From the NCBI GenBank assembly GCA_016180235.1, contig JACPBQ010000004.1:371352-435351 (forward strand): a DNA stretch of 64,000 bases. The letters are read 5' to 3'. Source of the DNA: Candidatus Woesearchaeota archaeon. Lineage in GTDB: Archaea > Nanobdellota > Nanobdellia > Woesearchaeales > GW2011-AR4. Shown in pieces: positions 18,384 through 27,982 of the stretch. The translations under genes and the position numbers were made by a program. Below the pieces are notes generated by a model. The model had not been told where the DNA came from and searched no databases. It saw only the letters and a list, made by a program, of their open reading frames with translations. How positions within the stretch are numbered: position 1 is the stretch's first letter; the number at the start of each line of letters is the position of its first letter.

Positions 18384-19474
18384 CTTGAGAAATCCCTTAT
18401 TTCATTGACTACTGTTTTTATCTCCTCTTCCTTCAGCTCAGGGAACATCGGCAATGAAAGTATCTCATCTGCAGACTGCTCTGATACGGGGAAAGAGCCT
18501 TTTTTGCATCCCAGCCATGAATAAGCCTCTGTAAGGTGCACAGGAACAGGATAATGGATTCCTGTCTGTATTCCTTTTGAATTCAGGTGCTCAACAAGCT
18601 TCTGCCTGTTTTTAACCCTCACAACATAAAGATGATAAACATGCCGGTTATAGGCTTTTTCTACAGGAGTTATAACGCCTGATTCACTAAATAATTCATT
18701 GTATATTTTTGCATTTTTCCTTCTCATCTCTGTCCACTTTTCAAGATGCCTTAATTTTACCCTTAAAATCGCTGCCTGTATCTCTTCCAAACGATAATTA
18801 TAGCCTATGTACTTATGGACATTCTTTTTTTCCTGGCCGTGGTCCCTATAGATTCTCATCTTCTCGTATAATTCTTTATCTTGCGTAATAACCATGCCGC
18901 CTTCGCCGTATGCACCCAGGTTTTTTCCCGGATAAAAGCTGAAGCAGCCTACATCAGAAAAAGGCATTTTTTTATCGTGATGCATAGCACCATGGGCCTG
19001 TGCTGCATCCTCTATTACTTTAAGATTATGCTTTTTGGCTATCTCCATTATCTGCTTCATGTCGGCAGGCTGGCCGTACAAATGGACTGGCATTATGGCT
19101 TTTGTCTTTCCGGTTATTGCCTTTTCCAGCTTATCAGCATCAATGTTATAAGTGTCCTGATTCATGTCAGCAAATCTTGGAATTGCGCCTGTATAGGAAA
19201 TTGCCTCGCATGTAGCAAAGTATGTGTTTGGCGCAGTTATAACTTCGTCTCCTTTTCCTATGCCTGATGCAACTAAAGCAAGATGCAGGGCAGAGGTGCC
19301 ATTATTGACTCCTACGGCATAAGATGCCTTACAGAAATCGGCAAATTCCTTCTCGAAAAGCTCAAGCTTCTCCCCAAGAACGAATCTTCCGGAATCAAGA
19401 ACTTCCTGTATAGCATGGTTTATATCTTTTTTTATCGATTCATACTGCGCATTAAGATCAACGAATTTTATCAT
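18380..19474 (-). CDS. DegT-family aminotransferase (WbpE/WlbC-like)
   Basis: KFVDL.AQY, PVHLYGQ, EDAAQAHGA, SFYPGKNLGAYGEGG and GYNYRLEEIQAA. Confidence 0.93.
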   Translation of the reverse strand: MIKFVDLNAQYESIKKDINHAIQEVLDSGRFVLGEKLELFEKEFADFCKASYAVGVNNGTSALHLALVASGIGKGDEVITAPNTYFATCEAISYTGAIPRFADMNQDTYNIDADKLEKAITGKTKAIMPVHLYGQPADMKQIMEIAKKHNLKVIEDAAQAHGAMHHDKKMPFSDVGCFSFYPGKNLGAYGEGGMVITQDKELYEKMRIYRDHGQEKKNVHKYIGYNYRLEEIQAAILRVKLRHLEKWTEMRRKNAKIYNELFSESGVITPVEKAYNRHVYHLYVVRVKNRQKLVEHLNSKGIQTGIHYPVPVHLTEAYSWLGCKKGSFPVSEQSADEILSLPMFPELKEEEIKTVVNEIRDFSR

Positions 19475-19569
19475 TTTTTTTGAACCAAAATTGTGTTTTT
19501 TAGTTTTTATTATTTTTTCTTATCAAACAAAATTGATGGCAACCTTCATTTTTTGGATGAAGTTTCTTA

Positions 19570-20049
19570 TTATTTTATCTTGTCCTTTACTTCCCCTATG
19601 ACTTTTGCTGGATTTCCTGCAACTATCGCGTTTTTTGGGACGTCTTTTGTAACAACAGAACCGGCTCCGACTATCGAGTTTTCACCTATAGTAACGCCGC
19701 ACATTATAGTTGCGTTAGCGCCTATGCCGGCTCGTTTTTTGACCAGAGTTTTGGTAACTTCCCAGTCTTCTGCTGTCTTTAGGCTTCCGTCTATATTAGT
19801 GGCCCTTGGAAGCTTGTCGTTGGTAAAGCACGCATGAGGCCCTACAAACACCCCGTCTTCCAGCTCAACGCCCTCAGGTATGAAAGCAAACGCCTCTATC
19901 TTGCAGTTCTTCCCGATTTTTACATTTTTCTGTATTTCGACGAATGCTGCTATTTTTGTATTGTCACCTATCGTGCATCCGTACAGGTTAACAAGATCTT
20001 TATGGAATATCTTTACATTATTACCAAGCTTTACGTCCTTGCTAATCAT
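19570..20049 (-). CDS. Hexapeptide N-acetyltransferase (WbpD/WlbB-like)
   Basis: [34 protein letters not shown] and VAGNPAK; AGGTGA RBS upstream. Confidence 0.9.
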   Translation of the reverse strand: MISKDVKLGNNVKIFHKDLVNLYGCTIGDNTKIAAFVEIQKNVKIGKNCKIEAFAFIPEGVELEDGVFVGPHACFTNDKLPRATNIDGSLKTAEDWEVTKTLVKKRAGIGANATIMCGVTIGENSIVGAGSVVTKDVPKNAIVAGNPAKVIGEVKDKIK

Positions 20050-21079
20050 TTTTTAAATTCACCTTTCTGCCATCGTCTTTTAAAGATTCCTGCATGGCTT
20101 CCAGCACCTTTACGACCCTCAATCCTGAAAAGCCATCGGTAAGCGGCTTTTTATTGTTTTTTATGCAGCCGATAAAATGCCTTGCCATTGTGTTTAATGA
20201 CTCTTTATTCTCTATCTTCGGAGCATGCACATCTCCTGACCTGTAAGTAAGCTTCCATTGCTCAAATGTATCATAGTATGGCTGCCTTGGTATATTATTC
20301 TTTTCTATTGTGACACCTTTGTCATATATCCTTATCTTTTCATTATCAAGAGTATCATCGAAAACAAGCATTTTTTTGTTGCCTACAATAGTGGTTTTCC
20401 TTATCTTCATGGGGTCCAGCCAGGAAACGTGCATGTTTGCCATTACCTTGTCTTTAAATTCAAGATTGATATGCGCGTCATCCTCAATCCCGTTTCTTAC
20501 ATAAGACTGGCCCACTGCCCTTACCGCTGTTGGAGGATGCCCAAGATAGTACATCAGCATCGATATGTCATGAGGGGCAAGGTCCCATATCACGTTGACT
20601 TTTTCCTGGAACAGGCCTAAATTAACCCTTATCATGTCTATCGTGAATATCTTTCCTAACTCTCCGGAGCTTATTATCTCTTTTACTTTCATTGCCGGAG
20701 TGCTGTATTCAAAAGTGTGGTCAACCATCAGGACTTTCTTGCTTTTTTCAGCTGCTTTTATCAGGCTTTTTGCTTCTTCAGAGCTTGCTGTTATGGGCTT
20801 TTCAACCAAAACATGCTTGCCTGCATCCAGGCAGTCTTTTGCGATTTTGTAATGGGTTTCTATAGGTGTTGCGACTATCACAGCATCCACATCCTTGTCA
20901 TTCAAAATATTTTTGTAGTCTTTAGTTATGTTTGTTTTTGGGTAAAGATTCCTGACATGCTGCAGCCTCTTTTCATCAAAGTCTGCGCAGTAAACTACCT
21001 CAGAATCCGGAATGCTGTTGAAGTTCCTCACAAGGTTAGGGCCCCAATACCCATAACCTATTATGCCCAGCTTTACCAT
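20042..21079 (-). CDS. Gfo/Idh/MocA oxidoreductase (WbpB/WlbA-like sugar 3-dehydrogenase)
   Basis: [28 protein letters not shown] and WDLAPHD; start placed at MVKLG, 31 nt from the atatttaaatat TATA. Confidence 0.9.
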   Translation of the reverse strand: MVKLGIIGYGYWGPNLVRNFNSIPDSEVVYCADFDEKRLQHVRNLYPKTNITKDYKNILNDKDVDAVIVATPIETHYKIAKDCLDAGKHVLVEKPITASSEEAKSLIKAAEKSKKVLMVDHTFEYSTPAMKVKEIISSGELGKIFTIDMIRVNLGLFQEKVNVIWDLAPHDISMLMYYLGHPPTAVRAVGQSYVRNGIEDDAHINLEFKDKVMANMHVSWLDPMKIRKTTIVGNKKMLVFDDTLDNEKIRIYDKGVTIEKNNIPRQPYYDTFEQWKLTYRSGDVHAPKIENKESLNTMARHFIGCIKNNKKPLTDGFSGLRVVKVLEAMQESLKDDGRKVNLKND

Positions 21080-21169
21080 ATACTGACGGAGGATATACCA
21101 GATATTTAAATATGTATTGGGTTTCAAATAAAGCGGAATTAAATGGTTTTTTCGTTTTTAAATCTGTTC

Positions 21170-21315
21170 GCCTTCGGCTATGACTTATTTCGATCTAATT
21201 TTTAAATCCTACGGCAGATTTTAGTGCTCGGCTCGCTCTCTTGCCATGCTGGGAAATCTCTGATTTCCGGCATACCGAAAATCCTCTGGATTTTCCAGTA
21301 TACGCTCGCCTCGCC
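21170..21315 (+). repeat. Composite intergenic repeat, family copy C, with inserted small hairpins
   Basis: gccttcggc at 21170; cctacggc-agatt-ttagt-gctcggc-tcgctctc ... cgctc-gcctcgc; the loop holds ggaaatc-tct-gatttcc (21252-21268) and gaaaatcc-tct-ggattttc (21277-21295). Confidence 0.65.
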
Positions 21316-21363
21316 ATCTATTAGACTAGTTTTCTTAAATTTAAACTGCTTGGCTTTCCAATT

Positions 21364-22026
21364 TTACCTTTTCTTCAGAACCATTATCCAAACAGGAGAA
21401 AAAAACTTCAATAAGCTATAGGCTGGTTTTGGCATCCATATCTTATTGCTTATTATCCTTGAAGTCAGATCATCAAAAACAAAGTATTTTTTAATTTTTT
21501 TTGTGAATTTATGATAAGTCAATGGGTGAACATTGTAGCATTTTCCTTTTCCTGAAATCCTCACATAAGAATCGGCAATTTTATTGGGAAGCCAGGACAG
21601 GAACAACAAGCTGAAATTTGGCTCAAGCGGCCATAATCTGTTGAGCATGCTAAGATAGGCAATTCCATCTTTTTTCATTACCCTATTTATTTCCTTCAGG
21701 TGCATTTCATCATTTTTTGTGTGGGCCATCACATGGTTGGAAACAACAACATCAAACTCATTGTCTTTGAAAGGCAGATTTTCATCCCTTATTTTTTTGA
21801 AATCGTAATGGCTTTTTTCAATCCTTTCATCAGCAACATCAACAGAACAGGCTTTTTTGGACGCTTTTCCAAGCTCAGAAGATATCACTCCGGAACCAGT
21901 GCCAATATCGAGTATTTTGCATTTTTTAAGGTTTTTATAATTTTTTAAAATGCCGATTATTAATGCTGCCTTTTCTTTTCTGCTTTTTATGTCCAGAACT
22001 GCATGGCTTGTTTTGGATTTTTTCAT
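21364..22026 (-). CDS. Class I SAM-dependent methyltransferase
   Basis: ILDIGTGSG, LPFKDNEFDVVVSNHV and MKKDG. Confidence 0.88.
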   Translation of the reverse strand: MKKSKTSHAVLDIKSRKEKAALIIGILKNYKNLKKCKILDIGTGSGVISSELGKASKKACSVDVADERIEKSHYDFKKIRDENLPFKDNEFDVVVSNHVMAHTKNDEMHLKEINRVMKKDGIAYLSMLNRLWPLEPNFSLLFLSWLPNKIADSYVRISGKGKCYNVHPLTYHKFTKKIKKYFVFDDLTSRIISNKIWMPKPAYSLLKFFSPVWIMVLKKR

Positions 22027-22038
22027 ATCAGAAAACAA

Positions 22039-22923
22039 TTAATCTTTCCTGAGCATATCAGCCAAAAATCCGAATATTATTATCTGCAGGCCTATGCTTA
22101 AGATCAAGATATCAAGCATTATCAATGCAAAATGCCCCACAATGCCGGAAGTAAGATGGAGATACAGGAGGTAGAGGCCTATCAAAAAACCAATGCCAAA
22201 AATAAATGATCCAAAGACGCCAAAAAACTTCAATGGCTCATAATCCCTGTACAGCCTGATAAGGTTTATCCAGGCCCTTATAGCGTATCCAAAAGGGCTG
22301 CTGATCAGCCTGCTCCTGTCATTTCTTTTTGCAAAATATACAGGCACTTCCTTAATCCTGAATTTTTGGTTTACAGCCTTTATTATCTGCTCCTGGGTGT
22401 AAGTATGGTTTGATATTATATCTATGTTTTCTGCAACTTCCCTTGTAAATGCCCTGAATCCAGTCTGGGCATCCGTTATTTTCATGCCAGTGACTTTTGA
22501 TATGACTCTTGAGAATGCCTTGTTTCCCAGCCTCTTAATGAAAGGCATGCTCTCTATTTTTCCCTTGAACCTGCTTCCAAGAACAAGATCATAGCCGTTA
22601 TTGATTTCCTCCAATAATTTTGGTATTTCTTTCGGCAGGTACTGCAGGTCAGCATCTATATGCACTATCACATCGGCTTTCAGGCCAAGGGCCTTTTTGA
22701 TTTCCGTATTAAAAGTCTCTGCCAGGCCGTAATTTTTTGGATGGGAATAAACCATCGCGTTATGCCTTTTTGCTTCTCCTGCTGTATTGTCCTTGCTTCC
22801 GTCATCAACCACGAGGATTTTATAAGTGTACTTGCTGCTTTTCATTGCCTGGTGTATGCTGTCAACTACTTTTCCTATGGTCCTTTCCTCGTTGTAAGCC
22901 GGTATTGTTACTATTATTTGCAT
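22039..22923 (-). CDS. GT2 glycosyltransferase with C-terminal TM helices (Dol-P sugar synthase/AglJ-like)
   Basis: TIPAYNEE, VVDDGSKD, HIDADLQY, DLVLGSRF and TDAQTGFRA; the true start is likely ATG 22923, since the longer track ORF runs into a palindrome. Confidence 0.9.
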   Translation of the reverse strand: MQIIVTIPAYNEERTIGKVVDSIHQAMKSSKYTYKILVVDDGSKDNTAGEAKRHNAMVYSHPKNYGLAETFNTEIKKALGLKADVIVHIDADLQYLPKEIPKLLEEINNGYDLVLGSRFKGKIESMPFIKRLGNKAFSRVISKVTGMKITDAQTGFRAFTREVAENIDIISNHTYTQEQIIKAVNQKFRIKEVPVYFAKRNDRSRLISSPFGYAIRAWINLIRLYRDYEPLKFFGVFGSFIFGIGFLIGLYLLYLHLTSGIVGHFALIMLDILILSIGLQIIIFGFLADMLRKD

Positions 22924-22975
22924 TGTGCCTGCTAATATATGGCTATTTAAATGCCTTTCTGTTGCGCTAAATAAC

Positions 22976-23128
22976 GGCTTCGGTGAAAATAAATCCAAGT
23001 TGCCATCGGTTCGCACTTTATTTTTAGGTTATATTGACATTCCCCGTAAGGGACATCCCCCTTGTCAATGCTATGTATAAAATTAAAGGTGCTCACAAAT
23101 TGATGGCAACTCTATTTTCACCGAAGCC
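22976..23128. repeat. 153-bp nested palindrome, MITE-like element
   Basis: Left arm ggcttcggtgaaaata-aatcca-agttgccatc (22976-23007), right arm gatggcaact-c-tattttcaccgaagcc (23102-23128); inner attgaca/tgtcaat stem and a ccc-gtaa-ggg hairpin. Confidence 0.7.
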
Positions 23129-23174
23129 CCCCAATAACTAAAATTTTAAAAATATACCATCATTAGTTGCGGGA

Positions 23175-23708
23175 ATGGGCATAAAAAAAGACATGTTCAG
23201 GGCATTAGTGCATATCGCTTTCCAGCCCGGCAAGGCCAAAGACAGAATTTTGAGGAAGTACTGCTCTGATATCAGGGGCAAGAAAGTCCTTGAGATAGGC
23301 TCAGGCAAAGCGGTCAGAGGAAAATATGCTTATTCTGTAGCTGATTTTTTCGAGAAGAGAGGAAATAAAGTCACCAAGTCAGATGTTAATCCTGCCTACA
23401 AGCATAAAATAATAGACATAACAAAGGAAATTCCCGGAAAGTACGATGCAATAATCTGCTTTAATGTTTTGGAGCATGTGTTTGATTTCCAGAAAGGGAT
23501 AAGGCAGCTGCACAAATCACTGGATAAAAACGGCAGGCTTATAGTGCTTGTTCCAGCTTTCTATCCGCTGCATGACGAGCCGCATGATTACTGGAGATTT
23601 ACGGAGCATTCTTTAAGGAAGCTTTTTTCCATTTTCAAAACTCTTAAGATTGAGCATTACGGCAAACGCGAATTGCCATTCTTTTATTTTGTGGTTGCGG
23701 TAAAATAG
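23175..23708 (+). CDS. Class I SAM-dependent methyltransferase
   Basis: VLEIGSG, YDAIICFNVLEHV and PAFYPLHDEPHDYWRFT. Confidence 0.88.
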   Translation: MGIKKDMFRALVHIAFQPGKAKDRILRKYCSDIRGKKVLEIGSGKAVRGKYAYSVADFFEKRGNKVTKSDVNPAYKHKIIDITKEIPGKYDAIICFNVLEHVFDFQKGIRQLHKSLDKNGRLIVLVPAFYPLHDEPHDYWRFTEHSLRKLFSIFKTLKIEHYGKRELPFFYFVVAVK

Positions 23709-23730
23709 AAGGGTATCAAAAAAACCTTTG

Positions 23731-23791
23731 GAATAAATCCGCGAGGCGAGTGTGTGGCAGACAACGAGCCTCGCGACTATAATTGCGGAGC
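23731..23791 (-). repeat. Intergenic hairpin repeat, family copy D
   Basis: Reverse complement reads gctccgcaattatagt-cgcgaggc-(20 nt)-gcctcgcg-g-atttattc; 16-nt identity with copy A. Confidence 0.8.
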
Positions 23792-23870
23792 AGAATAAAT
23801 TATATATCAATTCACTACATAAGCTAATTTAATAACAACATTTTTAAACATAATTTCTAACCCATAGATT

Positions 23871-25694
23871 ATGAGTTTTGTAACCATACTATTGTTTTTT
23901 GTATATACTTACTGCCTTGGATTTGCTGTATCTTCTTTTGTAAAGAACTCTGAAAATTTTCTTGAGAGAAACCTCATGAGGATAGGATTCGGGCTCTCTT
24001 TGCTTCCTTTTTTGGGATTAATCTTGAATTTATTTAATGTGCCGATAGACTGGAAGATCATTCTGGCATTGTCATTGGCATATCCCATATATTACCTTAT
24101 CAAGAACAAGCCAGTGCCCAAATTTGCCTTTAAGCTGACTAAAACAGACTTAAGCATTCTGGCCATGCTTGTTATTTTTTTAATCAACCTTTACATTTAT
24201 GCTTCAGGGGCTTTTGCCTATCCTTATCTGGAGGATGACGATTCATGGAGCCATGCTGTAGGCTCAAAATTTGTTGCTATAGAAAAAACTGTTTTTGCAA
24301 GTGTTGGAAATCGGTTTCATTATATCGATCCTTATCCGCCAACCTATGATTTGCTTATGGGCCTATTGCACCAGACAAATGATTCCATATACTGGACTTT
24401 GAAGTTTTTCAACGCGCTCATAATATCCTTGTCTACAATTTTCTTTTACTTTTTTGTGAAGGAATTCACAGGCAGCAGGAACAAGGCCTTATTTGCAGCT
24501 TTTGCCCTGCTTTCCATACCTGCATTCATGTCGCATTTCATATGGGCTTTGTCCTTGACAGTACCCCTTTACTTTGTCGTTTTCTATGCCCTGGAAATGA
24601 TCAAGCATGACAGGAGATGGTGGATTGTAGCTGCATTGAGCATGGTTACAGTTCTAACATCCTCTCCAACACACTCAACTTATTTCGGCTTGATTTTGAT
24701 CTTATATCTTGCAACTAAAGTAATACTTGAGAGGAAAATTTTAGTATGGCATATCGTTTCCGGAGCTGTGGGCCTTGCGTTGTCCCTTGTTTTTTGGTGG
24801 ATCCCCATGATATTGAGTTATGGCATTGACGGGACATTGACAGGCTTAGGATTCAGCTTTGCTGATGTGAAGGAAGCAGGCCTTGGAGGCGCTTTGCAGG
24901 GAACAGGCGACAGGATCTATACCTTCCCAGATTTTTTTATGGCACAAAAGCAGAACATGATAAACAATCCTATAGGGATAGGAATAGCCTTGTCCATTTT
25001 AGCGATTATTGGTATAATATTTATTATTTTAAACTATAAAACTTTATTGAAGAAAGAAAACCATTGGGCTATTATAACTCTGGTATTGTTTTTATTTACT
25101 TTATATGCTGTCAATGCCGCAAGATTCCCTGTCAAGCTTTCCCCGTTCAGGGCATGGATGCTTTTAGCTATTCCCGTATGCATTTTAGCTGCTGAAGGGG
25201 CTTTTAATATAGCAAAAATATCCAAAAACTCAGCAGGAACAATCGGCATGTTCGGAATTTTAATAATCCTGGTATTGGGAGTATATTTTACCTCTACCCA
25301 GCAGAAGATAGCGGTAAATACAGCCTCATGGCCCCCAGGCGCTTTCTGGACTTCCGGAGAGGAAATAGGGGCTTATGTATGGGTAAAACAAAATCTGCCT
25401 ACAAATTCAAATGTATTCACTTTTTCAAATAACGGCCCAGTCATCGGCATGGACATGTATGCCTGCCACTGGTGCAAAGATGATTCGGATTATATGAATA
25501 AAGGGTTTAACCAGACTGCGGAAGAGAACTACAATTGGCTGAAAAGCAAAGGATATGAATATCTTATCATTGACGGGCAGGCAGCAAGGAAATTCGGAGC
25601 TGACAATTTGAATACTAAGGTGCAGGAGCTTGGGCAGTCCGGATTATTCAAACCGGTGTTCCAGAACCAGGGAGCGCTGATATTTAAGGTTTAA
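23871..25694 (+). CDS. Multi-pass membrane protein, GT-C-fold glycosyltransferase-like
   Basis: Many TM segments, first external loop EDDDSWSHA, YPPTY and a soluble C-terminal domain; no WWDYG motif. Confidence 0.6.
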   Translation: MSFVTILLFFVYTYCLGFAVSSFVKNSENFLERNLMRIGFGLSLLPFLGLILNLFNVPIDWKIILALSLAYPIYYLIKNKPVPKFAFKLTKTDLSILAMLVIFLINLYIYASGAFAYPYLEDDDSWSHAVGSKFVAIEKTVFASVGNRFHYIDPYPPTYDLLMGLLHQTNDSIYWTLKFFNALIISLSTIFFYFFVKEFTGSRNKALFAAFALLSIPAFMSHFIWALSLTVPLYFVVFYALEMIKHDRRWWIVAALSMVTVLTSSPTHSTYFGLILILYLATKVILERKILVWHIVSGAVGLALSLVFWWIPMILSYGIDGTLTGLGFSFADVKEAGLGGALQGTGDRIYTFPDFFMAQKQNMINNPIGIGIALSILAIIGIIFIILNYKTLLKKENHWAIITLVLFLFTLYAVNAARFPVKLSPFRAWMLLAIPVCILAAEGAFNIAKISKNSAGTIGMFGILIILVLGVYFTSTQQKIAVNTASWPPGAFWTSGEEIGAYVWVKQNLPTNSNVFTFSNNGPVIGMDMYACHWCKDDSDYMNKGFNQTAEENYNWLKSKGYEYLIIDGQAARKFGADNLNTKVQELGQSGLFKPVFQNQGALIFKV

Positions 25695-25718
25695 ATAAAA
25701 AATTAATTAATATGCGTT

Positions 25719-26948
25719 TTATGGCCCTGTTTTTTTTAGTACACTTTCATAAACCTTTAAGGTTTTCTGAACAGATTTTGTAACGCTGAACTCACTGGCT
25801 CTTTTCAGCAATTTACTTCTGTCCCATTTCCTGCCTAAAGCCAAAATAATTTTTTGAGCCAAATCCTTTTCGTCTTTCAGCCTGACCAGATAGCCCACAT
25901 CCTTGCTTACAATCTCAGGGTTTCCTGCGACATTGGTGGCTATAACAGGCTTTCCGCACGCCAAAGCCTCGCTTAAAACATTTGGAAGGCCTTCATTAAG
26001 GCTCGGCAGCACAAGAACATCTGATGCATTCATCCACAACGGAATTTCCTCAGGCTTTTTCATTCCGGCAAAAAATACATGCTCATTTAAATTTAATTTT
26101 CGGGATAAAGCCATCAATTCATTTTTTGACCTTCCATCGCCTACAATGCAGCACAGGGCATTTTTATTTTCCTTAACAACCAAACTCATGGCTTTAATCA
26201 GGTACTCTATACCTTTTCTTTCTGCAAGGTATCCCACAAACAGGATTATTTTTTTATCAATATCCAAATTTAACTTTTTCCTGCAGCTAATAATGGACAT
26301 GGGCCTGAACCTGCCTACGGCATAGCCGCTCGGTATCACATAAATCTCTTTATCTTTTATCCCCATATCCAGGACTTCTTTTTCCATGGAACGGCTTTTG
26401 CATATAATAGCATCAGAATTCCTCAAGGCCAATTTTGAAAAAAACCTTAAAAACATGACTTTTGAATAGCGGTTTATATCCTCGCCGTGCAACATGACCA
26501 AAAGGGGCTTTTTGTATTTTTTTTTGGTTGATGCGCCAATAATGCTTTCGGTAATGCAACCATGTATCTTTATCATGTCAAAGCCCCATTCTTTTTCCAG
26601 TTTTCTGATAAGCTTTTTTGACGATAAATAGGAAAAAAAAGTCTCAAAAAACAAGGCTATGCTTAAAAAATTAGGATGAATTGTAAATCTCGGGAAAAAG
26701 GGATATTTTGGATGATAGACCTCAATGCCATCAATAGTTTCCCTGAACGGAACTGTTGAAAATTTGTGGTAAGGGTTGAATTTCCTGAAACTTGGAATAT
26801 AAGGATATGGAAATATTATCCTGATATCGCAATATTTCTTCAAAAGATCATACTGGTTCTTGATGAATATTCCGGCTGTAGGATTGACTTTTGTGGGATA
26901 CATAGGCGTTATGACCAGCAGCTTTATTTTTTTTGCCATAGCATTCAC
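25719..26948 (-). CDS. GT4 glycosyltransferase (TuaC-like); alternative start at ATG 26939
   Basis: MLHGED, FVGYLAERKG, ASDVLVLPSLNEGLPNVLSEALACGKPVIATNVAG. Confidence 0.93.
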   Translation of the reverse strand: MNAMAKKIKLLVITPMYPTKVNPTAGIFIKNQYDLLKKYCDIRIIFPYPYIPSFRKFNPYHKFSTVPFRETIDGIEVYHPKYPFFPRFTIHPNFLSIALFFETFFSYLSSKKLIRKLEKEWGFDMIKIHGCITESIIGASTKKKYKKPLLVMLHGEDINRYSKVMFLRFFSKLALRNSDAIICKSRSMEKEVLDMGIKDKEIYVIPSGYAVGRFRPMSIISCRKKLNLDIDKKIILFVGYLAERKGIEYLIKAMSLVVKENKNALCCIVGDGRSKNELMALSRKLNLNEHVFFAGMKKPEEIPLWMNASDVLVLPSLNEGLPNVLSEALACGKPVIATNVAGNPEIVSKDVGYLVRLKDEKDLAQKIILALGRKWDRSKLLKRASEFSVTKSVQKTLKVYESVLKKTGP

Positions 26949-27895
26949 AGCATATTATTTTTGTACCATGCAAAGAAATTCTTCATGCCCTGCTCAAGCG
27001 CAATTTTAGGCTTATAATCCAGCAGTTTTTTCGCTTTAGAAATGTCTGCAAAGGTAACTGAGACATCGCCTTTTTGCTCAGGCAGCTGCTTTATCTTAGG
27101 ATCTTTTCCCACTACCATGCTTATCACAGAAATCAGTTTTTTCAGCTCTATCGGCCTTGAATCGCCAAGATTGATTATCTCAAAATCAAAATCTTTGTCC
27201 AATGCTGCCATCAACCCATCAATTATGTCTGTGACGTAGGTATAATCCCTTTTTGAGTGCCCATTGCCGAACATGGGGATTTCCTTTCCCTCATAAACCA
27301 GCTTGGTGAATTTATACGGAGCCATCTCAGGCCTGCCGCGGGGCCCATAAACAGTAAACAAGCGCATGCATGCAATCTTAATTCCGTATAATCTGCTGTA
27401 TGCCCCGCAAAAAATCTCTGCTGAACGTTTTGAGGCTGCATATGGGCTGATCATGTTATCCACAGGGTCGGTTTCAGAAAACGGCGTTTTTTTATTTTCC
27501 CCGTATACTGAGGATGAAGAGGCAAAAATTAGTTTTTTTATGCCAAATTTCCTGCAGATTTCCAGAATATTCAAAGTTCCGGCAACATTGACTTTTTCGA
27601 ACAATTTTGGGTTTTCTATTGAGGCTCTAACCCCGACTTCAGCAGCAAGATGGAAAACAGCATCTATGCTAATTTTATCAAAAATTCCTTCCAAGCCGCC
27701 AAAATCGCAGATATCCTTCCTAAAAAGCCTGAAGTTTTTGTCCTTGAGGCAAGTTTTGATATTATTTTCCTTGATTTTAGGGTCATAATAGCTGTTAAAA
27801 TTGTCTATACAAAAGACATTATGGCCTTTTTTCAGCAAGGATTCGCATAGGTTGCTGCCAATAAACCCAGCCCCTCCGGTTACAAGAATATTCAT
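26945..27895 (-). CDS. UDP-glucuronate 4-epimerase-like SDR
   Basis: GGAGFIGS, HLAAEVGVR.S, SSSSVYG, SPYAASK and RLFTVYGPRGRPEMA; start 28 nt from the tatttaaata TATA. Confidence 0.88.
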   Translation of the reverse strand: MNILVTGGAGFIGSNLCESLLKKGHNVFCIDNFNSYYDPKIKENNIKTCLKDKNFRLFRKDICDFGGLEGIFDKISIDAVFHLAAEVGVRASIENPKLFEKVNVAGTLNILEICRKFGIKKLIFASSSSVYGENKKTPFSETDPVDNMISPYAASKRSAEIFCGAYSRLYGIKIACMRLFTVYGPRGRPEMAPYKFTKLVYEGKEIPMFGNGHSKRDYTYVTDIIDGLMAALDKDFDFEIINLGDSRPIELKKLISVISMVVGKDPKIKQLPEQKGDVSVTFADISKAKKLLDYKPKIALEQGMKNFFAWYKNNML

Positions 27896-27982
27896 GTGCT
27901 TTGGGGTTACATCTATATTTAAATAGTTTATCACTTCCCAATACCATAAAATAGACGGTCTAAATGACTGGCGGTTTTTGAT

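Noticed and set aside
22924-23016. N-terminal extension of the GT2 given in the ORF track (also similar extensions at 21127, 27934, 47246 and 52410)
   Set aside because: The extensions cross TATA boxes or palindromes; the downstream ATGs sit at the expected 28-31 nt spacing and match the family N-termini.
8636-23791. Hairpin repeats as integron attC sites or a CRISPR array
   Set aside because: They lack the RYYYAAC/GTTRRRY ends, no integrase or cas gene is present, and the copies are kilobases apart in mixed orientation.
23871-25694. Oligosaccharyltransferase AglB
   Set aside because: No WWDYG or DK/MI motifs; called only GT-C-like.
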